Source: an uncultured Microthrixaceae bacterium (GTDB taxonomy: Bacteria; Actinomycetota; Acidimicrobiia; Acidimicrobiales; VFJN01). Taken from it: 64,000 nucleotides of DNA. Shown piece by piece: positions 32,125-42,180 of the stretch; the stretch's first letter is position 1; the number at the start of each line of letters is the position of its first letter. The notes beneath the pieces were generated by a model. That model was not told the origin of the DNA and did no database searches. It saw nothing but the letters and a program-made list of their open reading frames with translations. The position numbers and the translations under genes are program-made. The stretch covers positions 12,184 through 76,183 of the forward strand of contig CAWJWI010000006.1 in NCBI GenBank assembly GCA_963846555.1. The letters are read 5' to 3'.

Positions 32125-32946
32125 TCACGTCAGGTCGGCGCCGGCGCTGATCGCCGTGTACACGGCGACGACGACGAGCAGGGCGGCGAAGGCGCGAAGG
32201 CTGCGCTTGGGCTCGAGGCGGTCGGCCACCTTTGTGCCGCTGAGCACGCCGGCGATGGCGGCCACGGTGAACGGGATGGTGATGGCCCAGTCGATGCTCG
32301 TGGTGGCGAGACGGGCCGTGAGCGCCACACCGCTGTTGACGGCGATCACCAGCAAGGAGGTCCCGATGGCTTGGGGCATTGGGAGCTTGAGAGCGAGGGC
32401 GAGGGCGGGCACGATCACGAACCCGCCGCCCACTCCGAAGAGCCCGGTGAGGAACCCGACAGCCGTACCAGCGGCGAGGACGGTGAGGATGGTGCGCGCA
32501 TCGAGGCTGGCCCGTGTGAGCGTGGCGGCACCGCCGGCCGGGGAGTCCGCGCGCTCGAGGTCCCGCTTCTCTCCGACGCGAGTGCACGTCGGGCAGCCGG
32601 TGAGCATCCGCCAGGCGGCCACGAGCACGAGGCCCGCGAAGGCAAGGAGCAGCAGGTCAGGGTCGAGGCGGTGGTTGAGAGCGGACCCGGCGATGGAGCC
32701 GGGGATCCCGCACACCCCGAAGGCCAGACCGGTGGCGACCCGGACGCGCCCGGAGCGCCAGTGCGGGGCCATCCCGACGAGTGACGCTGTGCCCACCAGG
32801 AACAGGCTGGTGGCGGTCGCGGCGCGCGGGTCTTGACCGGCCGCGTAGACGAGGGCGGGGACGGCCAGGATCGAGCCGCCGCCGCCGAGGGCACCGAGGG
32901 ACAGGCCGATGAGGAACCCGAGCGGGGAGGCCAGCAGGGCGCGCAC
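32125..32946 (-). CDS. Sulfite exporter TauE/SafE family
   Basis: LGGGGSILAVP, GLFGVGGGFVIVP, AIGTSL. Confidence 0.92.
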   Translation of the reverse strand: MRALLASPLGFLIGLSLGALGGGGSILAVPALVYAAGQDPRAATATSLFLVGTASLVGMAPHWRSGRVRVATGLAFGVCGIPGSIAGSALNHRLDPDLLLLAFAGLVLVAAWRMLTGCPTCTRVGEKRDLERADSPAGGAATLTRASLDARTILTVLAAGTAVGFLTGLFGVGGGFVIVPALALALKLPMPQAIGTSLLVIAVNSGVALTARLATTSIDWAITIPFTVAAIAGVLSGTKVADRLEPKRSLRAFAALLVVVAVYTAISAGADLT

Positions 32947-32953
32947 CGACGGC

Positions 32954-33286
32954 TCAGGTCACCGTTCCGGGTCGACCGTCGTCTGTCTCGACGGGAAGGC
33001 CTGCCTCGGCCCAGCCGTTCATGCCTCCGGTCACGTTCGAGGCGTCGATCCCGGCGGCCTGGAGCGCTTCGGCCGCCTTGGAGGACCGGCCCCCCGACCG
33101 GCAGATGCACAGCACGGGAGCGTCGTCGGGCAGGGCGGCGGGGTCGAGCTGACCGAGGGGCATGTGCTGCGCGCCTGGGGCATGGCCCGCCTGCCACTCG
33201 TCGGGCTCACGGACGTCGAGGAGGACGGTGCCAGCCGGCCGGTCGTGGGCCGCGGCAGGCGTGATCTCGGGCAGGGGGGTGGTCAA
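32954..33286 (-). CDS. Single-domain rhodanese
   Basis: LLDVREPDEWQAGHAPGA, CRSGGRS. Confidence 0.93.
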   Translation of the reverse strand: MTTPLPEITPAAAHDRPAGTVLLDVREPDEWQAGHAPGAQHMPLGQLDPAALPDDAPVLCICRSGGRSSKAAEALQAAGIDASNVTGGMNGWAEAGLPVETDDGRPGTVT

Positions 33287-34698
33287 GGTGTGCTCCGTTC
33301 ATGGTCGGGATCGGGGGCCCAGGCGCCGTATCCGCCGATCAGATCGGCGACGGCGACGAAGCCGTGGGCGCGGAGGGTAGATGCAGCGATGGAGGACCGA
33401 TACCCGCCGGCGCAGTAGACAACCGTCGGAACCTCCGGGTCGAGCTCTCCGAGGCGGTCGAGGAGCTGGGCGAGGGGCAGGTTGCGGGCCTGCGGGATCG
33501 TGCCGGTGGCCTCGACCTCACCGGGCCCGCGAACGTCGACGACCGCGATGACTTCGTCGTCATCGGCGAGCCAGGCCGCAAGGTCAGCGGCAGGGATGCG
33601 CTTGGCCCTCTCGGCCATCTCGGGGTGATCGGCGAGAGCAGCTTCGACGCCTTCGACAGCACCGACGACGTCGTCGAAGCCGATGCGGGCGAGGCGCACC
33701 TTCGCCTCGATGGCCCGACCAGGATCGGCGAGGAGCACGACGTGCTGCCCCGGGCGGATGATGTCGCCGGCGTACTCGGCGAACCGGCCGTCGAGACCGA
33801 CGTTGACCGATCGGCGGACGTGTCCGGAGGCGAAGGACTCGGGGGACCGGGTGTCGACGAGCACTGAACCGGCGTCGCCGAGGGTGATGGCCTCTTGGAT
33901 GGTGAGCGCGGTCGGCGGCTGAGTGTCGTCGAGCAGGTCGCGGTCACGTCGGTTCGCGTCGGCCGCGAACGCGAAGTAGAGCGGTGCGACGGACTGTCCT
34001 TCGGTGACGACAGAGACGAAGCGCTCCTCGCTCATCGGGCGGAGGGCGTAGTTGGTGGCCCGTTGCTCGCCGATCGTCGAGGACGCCGCAGTCGAGAGGT
34101 TCTTCCCGCACGCAGACCCGGCTCCGTGGGCGGGGAAGACCAGTGTGTCGTCGGGGAGGGTGAGGAGCTGGCCGTGGAGAGACCGGTGGAGTCGACGGGC
34201 GAGGTCGTCGGCGGTCCAGCCCGTGGAGCTGAGGAGGTCGGGCCGGCCGACGTCGCCGATGAAGAGCGTGTCGCCGGTGAGGACTGCCCAGGGTGCGGCA
34301 TCGGGGCTGGGGTGGACCACGATGGAGATGCTCTCGGGGGTGTGACCCGGAGTGGAGCGGATCTCGAGGACGACTTGGCCGAGATCGAGGCGACGGCCGT
34401 CGGCGAGCGCCTCCATGGCGAAGTCCGTGCTGGCCCCCTCGCCGTAGGAGATGACCGCCCCTGTCGCGGCCGCCAGCTCGAGGTGGCCGGAGAGGAAGTC
34501 GGCGTGGAAGTGGGTCTCGAGGACCCGCTCGATCTGCAGGCCGTTGGCCTCCGCGTCGGCAAGGTACTCGCCGATGTCGCGCTGGGGATCGACGACCACT
34601 GCTCTTCCCGTGGTCGTGTCACCGATCAGGTAGCTGTACAGCGACAGGCACCCGAGGTCGTACTGGCGGAAGAAGAGGTTCGTAGGCGATTCAGGCAT
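33283..34698 (-). CDS. MBL-fold persulfide dioxygenase-like + rhodanese fusion (CstB-like)
   Basis: ETHFHADFLSG, TPGHTPE, GDTLF, PAHGAGSACGK, CAGGYRS. Confidence 0.92.
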   Translation of the reverse strand: MPESPTNLFFRQYDLGCLSLYSYLIGDTTTGRAVVVDPQRDIGEYLADAEANGLQIERVLETHFHADFLSGHLELAAATGAVISYGEGASTDFAMEALADGRRLDLGQVVLEIRSTPGHTPESISIVVHPSPDAAPWAVLTGDTLFIGDVGRPDLLSSTGWTADDLARRLHRSLHGQLLTLPDDTLVFPAHGAGSACGKNLSTAASSTIGEQRATNYALRPMSEERFVSVVTEGQSVAPLYFAFAADANRRDRDLLDDTQPPTALTIQEAITLGDAGSVLVDTRSPESFASGHVRRSVNVGLDGRFAEYAGDIIRPGQHVVLLADPGRAIEAKVRLARIGFDDVVGAVEGVEAALADHPEMAERAKRIPAADLAAWLADDDEVIAVVDVRGPGEVEATGTIPQARNLPLAQLLDRLGELDPEVPTVVYCAGGYRSSIAASTLRAHGFVAVADLIGGYGAWAPDPDHERSTP

Positions 34699-36860
34699 CA
34701 GTGGGAGAACCTCACTGTCGGGAGCCGGCGGTCGAGCCAGCCCGGGAGGGCCCAGGCCCGTTCGCCGAGCAGGGCGAGGGCTGAGGGGACGAGCAGCATG
34801 CGGATGACGGTGGCATCGATCAGGACGGCCAGGGCGAGGGTGACGCCGAGCTCGGTCGGGGGGATCGGGCCGGTCACGCCGAAGGCCAGGAAGACGACGA
34901 TCATGATCAGAGCGGCGTTGGTGATCGGCCGGCCGGTGCGTCCGATGCCCTCGGCCACTGACGCAAGGGCGTCGCCGGTGGCGTCGTGGCGCTCCTTGAT
35001 GGCCGCGAGCAGGAACAGCTGGTAGTCCATCGACAGGCCGAAGAGCAGGGCGAAGAAGAACAAGGGCGCCCAGGCGTCGACGAAGCCCTGGTGCTCGATG
35101 CCGAGGAGCGACGCCCCGTAGCCGTGCTGGAACACGAGGGTTGCGAAGCCGAAGCTGGCCGCCACACCGACGAGGTTGAACAACAGCGACACGATGGCGA
35201 TCGGCAGGCTGCGGAACACCACGAGCAGCAGGACGAAGGCCAGGGCCATGATCAGCCCTACGGCCTTGGGTGCGGCGCCGGTGAGGGCGGTGGTGAGGTC
35301 GCCGTTCTGGGAGCCGGGACCTCCGACCACCGCCCCGGGCGCCTCGTCGCTGAGCAGGGTCCGGAGATCAGAGACGAGCATCGATGTGGCCTCGTCGTCG
35401 ACCGCGGTAGCTGGGATCGCTCGCACGGCAACCCGACCGGACGTCGCCGGCTCGGCGACGATCGATGCTGCCACCACGCCATCGACCCCGCTGACCACCT
35501 CGACGACCCTCTGAGCCTCGGCAGCCGGAGCCGTGATGAACAGCGGCGCCGCAGCTCCTGGGCCGAAGGCCTCGGTGACAGCGTCGTAGCCGTCGCGGCT
35601 CTGGTTGCCCTGGTCGACCACGCGGGCGCCCGGCATGCCCAACCTCATGCCCGCGGCGGGTGCGGCCAGGACGAGCAGAACCCCGAGCCCGACGGCGAGG
35701 GTGGCGACGGGACGGCGCATCGCCACGGCGGTCCATCGCGCCCAGCGCCCGGCCGCAGCGTCGTCGTCCCGTCCGGCGCGTCGGGTGCGCAGCACCCGGT
35801 CACCGAGCAGCACCAGCACCGCTGGGAGCAGCGTCAAGGAGGCGGCAGCGGTGGCCACGACGGAGAGGATCATCCCGGCGGCCATCGACCGGAACACCAT
35901 CACCGGCACGAGGAAGACGGCAGCGAGGGAGAGCACCACGGTCAGGGCCGACAGGAACACCGCCTTGCCCGCGGTGGCCAACGTCCCGGCGACGGCATCG
36001 GCCGGGTCCCGTCCGTCGGCCCGCTCCTCCCGGTAGCGGGAGACGATGAAGAGGCCGTAGTCGATGCCGACGGCCAGGCCGATCATCATCGAGAAGTTCA
36101 TGGACCAGACCGACAGGGGGGTGAGGCCGGTGCCGAGGTGCAGCGCCGCGAACCCCACTGCGATGCCGGCGATCGCCAGGAGCAGCGGGATGCCCGCGGC
36201 GACGGCGGACCCGAACGCGAAGAACAGGAGAAGGATCGTCGGCAGGCCGGAGAGAAGCTCGGCCTTGTGCAGAGCGGCCTCGTTCGAGGCGTTGAAGTCG
36301 TGCCACACGGCCCACTCGCCCGTCACGTCGGCTGTGGCGCCCGCCGGGAGGTCGAGGTCCTCGACGGTGGCCATGACCTCGCCTGCGGCTTCGGGCAGGT
36401 CGGCGTCGCTTCTGGCTTCGAGCCCGACAGGGATGAGCGCAGTCCTGCCGTCCGGGGCGACCAGCCCAGCTTCGGCCGGCGCCCGCACCGGGTCCACCAC
36501 TGAGGTGGTCCCCGGACTGCCCTCCAGCGCAGCAACGACGGCAGCCAGGCCAGCGGGCTCCTCGACGAGCGGGGTCTCCTGGCGGTACACGACGATCGCA
36601 GCCTCGGCACCGAGCTGCGGGAAGTCGGCTCGAAGCTCGTCGCGCACCTCCTGGGCGGTGGAGCCCTGTGCTTCCCAGCCCGCACCAGACAGCGCGCCCG
36701 TCAGGGTCACGGCCAGCGGCGCCGCCACGGCCACGATCGCCAGCCACAGCACGACGACGCGCTTCGGACGCCGGGTCGAGGCGCGCCCCAGACGAGCCAG
36801 CCAGCCTTCGCTCACAGCACCACGGTCGGTCGTGCTCGGTCGATCCTGGACAAGGGACAT
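34698..36860 (-). CDS. MMPL family (RND) transporter
   Basis: GLAVGIDYGLFIVSRYREE, FGLSMDYQLFL, DATVIRMLLVP. Confidence 0.92.
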   Translation of the reverse strand: MSLVQDRPSTTDRGAVSEGWLARLGRASTRRPKRVVVLWLAIVAVAAPLAVTLTGALSGAGWEAQGSTAQEVRDELRADFPQLGAEAAIVVYRQETPLVEEPAGLAAVVAALEGSPGTTSVVDPVRAPAEAGLVAPDGRTALIPVGLEARSDADLPEAAGEVMATVEDLDLPAGATADVTGEWAVWHDFNASNEAALHKAELLSGLPTILLLFFAFGSAVAAGIPLLLAIAGIAVGFAALHLGTGLTPLSVWSMNFSMMIGLAVGIDYGLFIVSRYREERADGRDPADAVAGTLATAGKAVFLSALTVVLSLAAVFLVPVMVFRSMAAGMILSVVATAAASLTLLPAVLVLLGDRVLRTRRAGRDDDAAAGRWARWTAVAMRRPVATLAVGLGVLLVLAAPAAGMRLGMPGARVVDQGNQSRDGYDAVTEAFGPGAAAPLFITAPAAEAQRVVEVVSGVDGVVAASIVAEPATSGRVAVRAIPATAVDDEATSMLVSDLRTLLSDEAPGAVVGGPGSQNGDLTTALTGAAPKAVGLIMALAFVLLLVVFRSLPIAIVSLLFNLVGVAASFGFATLVFQHGYGASLLGIEHQGFVDAWAPLFFFALLFGLSMDYQLFLLAAIKERHDATGDALASVAEGIGRTGRPITNAALIMIVVFLAFGVTGPIPPTELGVTLALAVLIDATVIRMLLVPSALALLGERAWALPGWLDRRLPTVRFSH

Positions 36861-36961
36861 TCGTGGGCTCGTTTCGGGTCTGGGCGCGACGGGTCGGGGA
36901 CGGGTCGCGCCGGGAGGCGAACGGATTGGGTGGCGGTGACCCCGTGAGGTCACCGCCGAGC

Positions 36962-37231
36962 TCAGGCGAGCTTGGTGAACATCTTCTGGACGTCGGCGAT
37001 GTCGTAGCCCTCGGCGGCCGATCGCTCCGGGTCCTCGAGGCACCAGGTGAGACCGGCTGCCACGAGGACGAACCCGGCCTGCTCCAGCGCCTTGTTGGCG
37101 GCGGACATCTGGGTCACCACATCGCGGCAATCCCGTCCCTCGGTCAGCATCTGCTGAATCCCCCGCACCTGTCCCTCGACCCGCCGAAGGCGGCGGATGA
37201 CATCACCGATCGTGTCCTCAGGAAGTTCCAC
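36962..37231 (-). CDS. CsoR/RcnR family repressor, CstR-like (x-C-x-C)
   Basis: RLRRVEGQVRGIQQM..DCRDVVTQ..AAGLTWC; Gly at the Cu-binding His position. Confidence 0.9.
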   Translation of the reverse strand: MELPEDTIGDVIRRLRRVEGQVRGIQQMLTEGRDCRDVVTQMSAANKALEQAGFVLVAAGLTWCLEDPERSAAEGYDIADVQKMFTKLA

Positions 37232-37237
37232 GAGGTC

Positions 37238-37282
37238 ACCATACATATACCCCCGGGGGTAGTCAAGACACCTCCGGGGGTA
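37238..37282. promoter_or_regulatory. Divergent promoter region with tandem CstR-like operators
   Basis: TACCCCCGGGGGTA (37248-37261) and CACCTCCGGGGGTA (37269-37282); minus strand TTGACT-N17-TATGGT-N6-GTG. Confidence 0.8.
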
Positions 37283-37339
37283 TCACTCTCGACCGCTCTG
37301 GGCACAACGCGGGCGGGCAGGCCGAGCAGAGGAGCGAAG

Positions 37340-38695
37340 ATGGTCGAGGTTCGAATCGTGGAGACCGCTGGGCTCGGTGACCGCAGCTACGTCGTCACCG
37401 ACGGCACGGTCGCAGTGGTCATCGACCCGCAGCGCGACATCGACCGGATCCTCGAGGCCGCCGACGGCGTGGAGATCACGCACGTGCTCGAGACGCACGT
37501 CCACAACGACTACGTCACCGGTGGTCTGGCCCTGGCCCGCCACTGCGGTGCGGCCTATGTGCTCAACGCTGATGATCCCGTCGCCTTCGAGCGGCAGGGG
37601 ATCCGTGACGGCGACACCATCGACACCGGATCGCTCACGGTGACGGCCATCCACACCCCGGGCCACACACCCACGCACATGTCCTATGCCGTGGCTGTGC
37701 TCGACGAGCCCGTCGCTGTGTTCACTGGCGGATCGATGCTCTTCGGGGCGATGGGGCGCACCGACCTCGTCGACCCAGACCGAACCGAGGAGCTCACGCG
37801 TGCCCAGCACCGCTCGGCCCACCGCCTGGCCCACGCCCTCCCCGACGAGGCCGAGGTGTATCCCACCCACGGCTTCGGAAGCTTCTGCTCGGCCACCGAG
37901 ACCAAGGGCACCGAGTCGACCATCGGCAAGGAGAAGGAGCAGAACAACGCCCTCACCAGCGACGAGGACTCGTTCGTCGCCGAGCTCCTCGAAGGCCTCA
38001 CCGCGTACCCCCGCTACTACGCCCACATGGCGCCCCTGAACCTCGCTGGCCCCGACGAGGCCGACCTCTCCCTCCCCGACCCGGTCGACCCCGCCGTGCT
38101 CCAGCACCGCATCGAGCACGGCGAGTGGGTGGTCGACCTGAGGTCCCGCCGAGCCTTCGCAGCCGGACACGTTCCTGGCACCGTCGCCATCGAGCTCGCC
38201 GACCCCTTCGCCACGCATCTTGGATGGACCGTCCCGTGGGACGCGCCCATCACCCTGATCGGCGACCGTGCCGACGACGTCACCGACGCCCGACGCCAGC
38301 TCGTGCGCATCGGCATCGACCACCTGGCCGGCGCCGCCATCGGTGAGCCCGCTGACCTCACGCCCGACGGCGCGGTCGCCAGCTACCGCCGCGCAGACTT
38401 CGCGGCACTCTCGACCGAGCGCGAAGCCCGGGGGGCCCAGATCGTCGTGCTCGACGTCCGCCGACCCGATGAGTGGGAGAAGGGGCACATCGTCGGGGCC
38501 GTCCACATCCCCTTCTACGAGCTCCACGGCCGCCAGGACGACGTTCCCGCCGGCGAGGTCTGGGTCCACTGCCAGTCCGGATATCGCGCCGCCATCGGCG
38601 CCTCGTTGATGGGCTGCGCGGGCCGGGAGGTCGTCCACATCGACGACGACTGGGACGCCGCGGCCGACGCCGGGCTCGACATCACCAGCGGGTAG
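37340..38695 (+). CDS. Second MBL-fold + rhodanese fusion
   Basis: ETHVHNDYVTGG, TPGHT, FTGGSMLF, PTHGFGSFCS, CQSGYRA. Confidence 0.9.
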   Translation: MVEVRIVETAGLGDRSYVVTDGTVAVVIDPQRDIDRILEAADGVEITHVLETHVHNDYVTGGLALARHCGAAYVLNADDPVAFERQGIRDGDTIDTGSLTVTAIHTPGHTPTHMSYAVAVLDEPVAVFTGGSMLFGAMGRTDLVDPDRTEELTRAQHRSAHRLAHALPDEAEVYPTHGFGSFCSATETKGTESTIGKEKEQNNALTSDEDSFVAELLEGLTAYPRYYAHMAPLNLAGPDEADLSLPDPVDPAVLQHRIEHGEWVVDLRSRRAFAAGHVPGTVAIELADPFATHLGWTVPWDAPITLIGDRADDVTDARRQLVRIGIDHLAGAAIGEPADLTPDGAVASYRRADFAALSTEREARGAQIVVLDVRRPDEWEKGHIVGAVHIPFYELHGRQDDVPAGEVWVHCQSGYRAAIGASLMGCAGREVVHIDDDWDAAADAGLDITSG

Positions 38696-38760
38696 GTCTC
38701 AGCGACCCCGTCCGGCGTCATCGAAACAGCAGACCAGAGAGCTCTGCGATTCTCGGCCGG

Positions 38761-40317
38761 TCAGAGGGTGTAGGAGGCGGTAGGCGTCGTTCGTCCGCGA
38801 AGGACGGTCGTGTCGTGGTGCGACCAGCGGGCGGCCTCCCTCGAGTCGACCCTCGCCAGCGTGCTGTCTGCGACGAGCACCCGCTTCACCGTGCCCTTGG
38901 CGATCTCGGTGAGACGGGCGGCGGTGTTCACTGGGTCCCCGATGATCGTGTACTCGTACCGTTGCTGCGATCCGATGTTGGCCGCGACCACGGCGCCCGA
39001 CGCCACCCCGATGCAGGCTTCGATGCCCAGGTCCTGGACCAGCGCCTGCAGCTCGGACTGCAGCTGGCGAGCCGCACGGAGCCCCGCGCTGGCGTGGTCC
39101 TCGAGTCCGGTGGGAGGACCGAACACGCACAAGGCCGCGTCTCCCTCGAACTTGTTGACCCAGCCCCCCTCGTGGTCGACCGCGGCCACGACGCGCTCGA
39201 AGAAGTGGTTCAGGATCCCGACGACCTCGTGGGGGCTGAGCCGCTCGGTCAGCGCCGTAGATCCGACCAGGTCGACGAACAGAGCCGTCGCGTCGCACTG
39301 CACCCCGTCGAAGGAGGCGTCCTGGTCGAGCGCGGCCTGGGCCACGGCGTCGCCAACGTGGCGGCTGAAGAGATCCTGGAGACGAGCCCGCTCCTGAAGG
39401 CCCGTGACCATGCGGTTGAAGGCAGACTGGACCTGCCCGATCTCGCTGCCGTCGTAGACGACGATCTGAGTGCTGAGGTCGTTCTGCTCGACCCGTTCGA
39501 GCGCTCGTCGCATGGCCCGCAACGGGTCGACGAGCCGTCTGTTGCCCAGGGAGAGGAGCAACAGCCCGACGAGAAGGGCGAGCCCGCCGAGCCCCAGGAT
39601 CGACACGGCCAGCGACGACGCGGCTACGTCCTTCTCCACCAGGGCGAACACGGCCACCATGAGCAGTCCGAAGAGCGGTGTCCCGGTGCCGATGATCCAG
39701 CCCAGGAGGGCCCGCATCGTCAGACCACCGGTCCGCATGCCGTCGGGGAGAGGCGTTACGAGCGCTCGCGCCGCGACGGGCCTCAACGCGAGCTCGCTCA
39801 ACAAGTAGGCGAAGGTGCAGCTGACCACGCCCCCGAGGGCGACGGTGAGCGAGGTCCGCACTACCAGGCGGGCACCCCCGGATGCGGCCAGCGCTCCGAA
39901 CAGCAGCGTCGCACCGAACCAGGGAACGACCTGCACGACGAGCAGTCGCAGCGGAGCGCGCAGAGCGGCGCGCTGCTGGACCGGAGTCGGGCGCCGATCG
40001 TCCGCGGCCCACCGCAGGCGCGGCAGCTCACGACGGGTGCCCCAGACCGCGCACGCCACAACCGCAGCGATGACGTACACGGGGACGACCACGACGACGA
40101 AGACTCGCTCGTCGACATCGAGGAGGTTGGATCCGGGAATCACCCAGAGGCTCAGAACGATCACGACCACTGCACCCACGACGTGCGACGACACGATGGC
40201 GAGGGTTAGGAGGGCCTGCACCCGGTAGCGCAGCTGGCGCCCGGACTCCGTGCGCGCTCCCAGCACGCGCAACCCGAACGGCCGATCGACCGCGTCGTCA
40301 CCCACGCCCCGCATCAT
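38761..40317 (-). CDS. Membrane class III adenylate cyclase with HAMP domain
   Basis: About six TMs, HAMP (SEIGQVQSAFNRM), LFVDLVGST, NKFEGDA, EYTIIGDPVNTAARL. Confidence 0.92.
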   Translation of the reverse strand: MMRGVGDDAVDRPFGLRVLGARTESGRQLRYRVQALLTLAIVSSHVVGAVVVIVLSLWVIPGSNLLDVDERVFVVVVVPVYVIAAVVACAVWGTRRELPRLRWAADDRRPTPVQQRAALRAPLRLLVVQVVPWFGATLLFGALAASGGARLVVRTSLTVALGGVVSCTFAYLLSELALRPVAARALVTPLPDGMRTGGLTMRALLGWIIGTGTPLFGLLMVAVFALVEKDVAASSLAVSILGLGGLALLVGLLLLSLGNRRLVDPLRAMRRALERVEQNDLSTQIVVYDGSEIGQVQSAFNRMVTGLQERARLQDLFSRHVGDAVAQAALDQDASFDGVQCDATALFVDLVGSTALTERLSPHEVVGILNHFFERVVAAVDHEGGWVNKFEGDAALCVFGPPTGLEDHASAGLRAARQLQSELQALVQDLGIEACIGVASGAVVAANIGSQQRYEYTIIGDPVNTAARLTEIAKGTVKRVLVADSTLARVDSREAARWSHHDTTVLRGRTTPTASYTL

Positions 40318-40380
40318 CGCAGCCGCCAGGGGGCAGGGGGGAAGGGCGCTGGCCCGGGCCGAGCGGCAGCCCCGGCCGGT

Positions 40381-41646
40381 TCAGCTCGGGAGAGCAGCTC
40401 GCTGTCGCTCCAGGAACGCCCGCTCGGCCGGGTTGCCGCTGAGCTCGATGGCCCGGTCGTAGGCGCGTCGCGCCTCGTCGTGCCGGCCCGACCGGGAGAG
40501 GAGGTCGGCGCGCGCGGCGTGGAACGGCTGGTATCCGATGAGGGCCTCCGAGCCGAGGCCGTCGAGCGCGGCCAGCCCGGCGGCCGCCCCGTCTCGCTCG
40601 GCGATGGCCACGGCGCGGTTGAGGGCCACGACGGCTGTGGGGCGCAGGGTGTGGAGCTGGTCGTACAGGGTCACGATCTGGGCCCAGTCCGTGTCCGCGG
40701 CCGAGGGGGCGTCGGCGTGCACCGCGGCTATGGCGGCTTGCACCTGGAACGGCCCAGGCGCGTCGCGACGGAGGCACGCCCGCACCAGGGCGTGACCCTC
40801 GGTGACAAGCCCCAGATCCCACAGCGAGCGGTCCTGGTCGCCCAGGCGGACCATCGCCCCGTCGGCCGTGGCGCGGGCAGGCCGTCGTGCTTCTGTCAGC
40901 AGCATCAGGGCCAGGAGGCCGATCCCTTCAGGCTCGTCCGGCATGAGCTCGGCCAGCACCCGACCCAAGCGGATGGCCTCGGTCGAGAGGTCCACCCGGG
41001 TGAGCGACGAGCCCGAGGTCGCGGTGTGACCCTCGGTGTAGATCAGGTACACCGAGGCCAGGACGGCGTGGAGACGGTCTGGGAGCTCGGCGCCGCGCGG
41101 CACGCGGTATGGGGCGTGGTTGTCACGCAGCTTGCGCTTGGCCCGCACGAGGCGCTGGGCCATCGTGGCCTCGGGCACGAGGAACGCCCGGGCGATCTCG
41201 GCCGTCTCGAGGCCGCCGAGCAGCCGCAGCGTCAGCGCGACCTGGGCGTCGGCGGCCAGCGCGGGGTGGCAGCAGAGGAACATCAGCCGCAGCTGGTCGT
41301 CGACCACGACGTCGACGAGGGCGTCGAGGTCCGCCAGCCGGGGATCGGGGATCGGGTCGGGTTCCATGGGATCGCTCTGGAGGCGGTGGGCGGCCAGGTG
41401 GCGGTCGCCGCGGGTCGACTCGCGGCGCAGCCGGTCGATGGCCCGGTTGCGGGCGGTCGTGGTGATCCAGGCGCCGGGGTTTGGCGGCACCCCCTTGGCC
41501 GGCCACTGCGAGGCCGCGATGGCGAAGGCCTCCGCTACCGCGTCCTCGGCGAGGTCGATGTCGCCGAGGAAGCGGATCACGGTGGCGGTGCAGCGGCCGA
41601 CCTCGCGGCGGTAGATCTCCGCGAGCTCGTCAGCCGGGTCAGTCAC
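40381..41646 (-). CDS. ECF42-type sigma factor with DUF6596/TPR extension
   Basis: AWITTTARNRAIDRLRR, LMFLCCHPALA, TMAQRLVRAK, QDRSLWD. Confidence 0.92.
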   Translation of the reverse strand: MTDPADELAEIYRREVGRCTATVIRFLGDIDLAEDAVAEAFAIAASQWPAKGVPPNPGAWITTTARNRAIDRLRRESTRGDRHLAAHRLQSDPMEPDPIPDPRLADLDALVDVVVDDQLRLMFLCCHPALAADAQVALTLRLLGGLETAEIARAFLVPEATMAQRLVRAKRKLRDNHAPYRVPRGAELPDRLHAVLASVYLIYTEGHTATSGSSLTRVDLSTEAIRLGRVLAELMPDEPEGIGLLALMLLTEARRPARATADGAMVRLGDQDRSLWDLGLVTEGHALVRACLRRDAPGPFQVQAAIAAVHADAPSAADTDWAQIVTLYDQLHTLRPTAVVALNRAVAIAERDGAAAGLAALDGLGSEALIGYQPFHAARADLLSRSGRHDEARRAYDRAIELSGNPAERAFLERQRAALPS

Positions 41647-41995
41647 CCACCTGCATGGGACGGAGCTCCACGGGGCCCTCACAGGCGGCGGTGCACTTGC
41701 CGGCCCACTCGAGGGCGACATCGAGATCGGGGACCTCGATGACCCAGAAGCCACCCATCTGCTCCTTGGTCTCGGCGTAGGGGCCGTCGGTCATGGTCAC
41801 CTCGCCGCCGTCGGCGCGCAGCACCGTGGCGGTCGACTGCGGCTGCAGCCCGGCGCCGAACACCCAGACGCCGGTGCGCTCCATCTCCTCGTTGACGGAG
41901 CCGACCTGCTGGCCGATGCGCTGCAGGTCGGGATCGGACCAGTCGGCGTCCGCGTAGTCGTCGTCGTGCCACACGGAGATCAGGTACTGGGGCAT
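41639..41995 (-). CDS. YciI/DGPF family protein
   Basis: MTDGPYAETKEQMGGFW; GGAGG RBS; usual ECF42 partner. Confidence 0.92.
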   Translation of the reverse strand: MPQYLISVWHDDDYADADWSDPDLQRIGQQVGSVNEEMERTGVWVFGAGLQPQSTATVLRADGGEVTMTDGPYAETKEQMGGFWVIEVPDLDVALEWAGKCTAACEGPVELRPMQVGD

Positions 41996-42180
41996 GTTCG
42001 GTTCCTCCTTCAGATGGCGTCCCGGGCGGGCGCTCACATCCTCTACGAACGAGTCGGCGCCAATCGACAGGCCAATCCAAGATCTCAATGCCCGTGGCCC
42101 TCGGCGCGCGCTGGATCCCGCTCCAGGGCCCCCAAGGCCTTACGTCCATCCCCCGCCACCACAACGGTAACTCAGGGGTG

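Noticed and set aside
33283..38695. Metallo-beta-lactamase resistance genes
   Set aside because: No signal peptides, fused rhodanese domains and sulfur-gene context.
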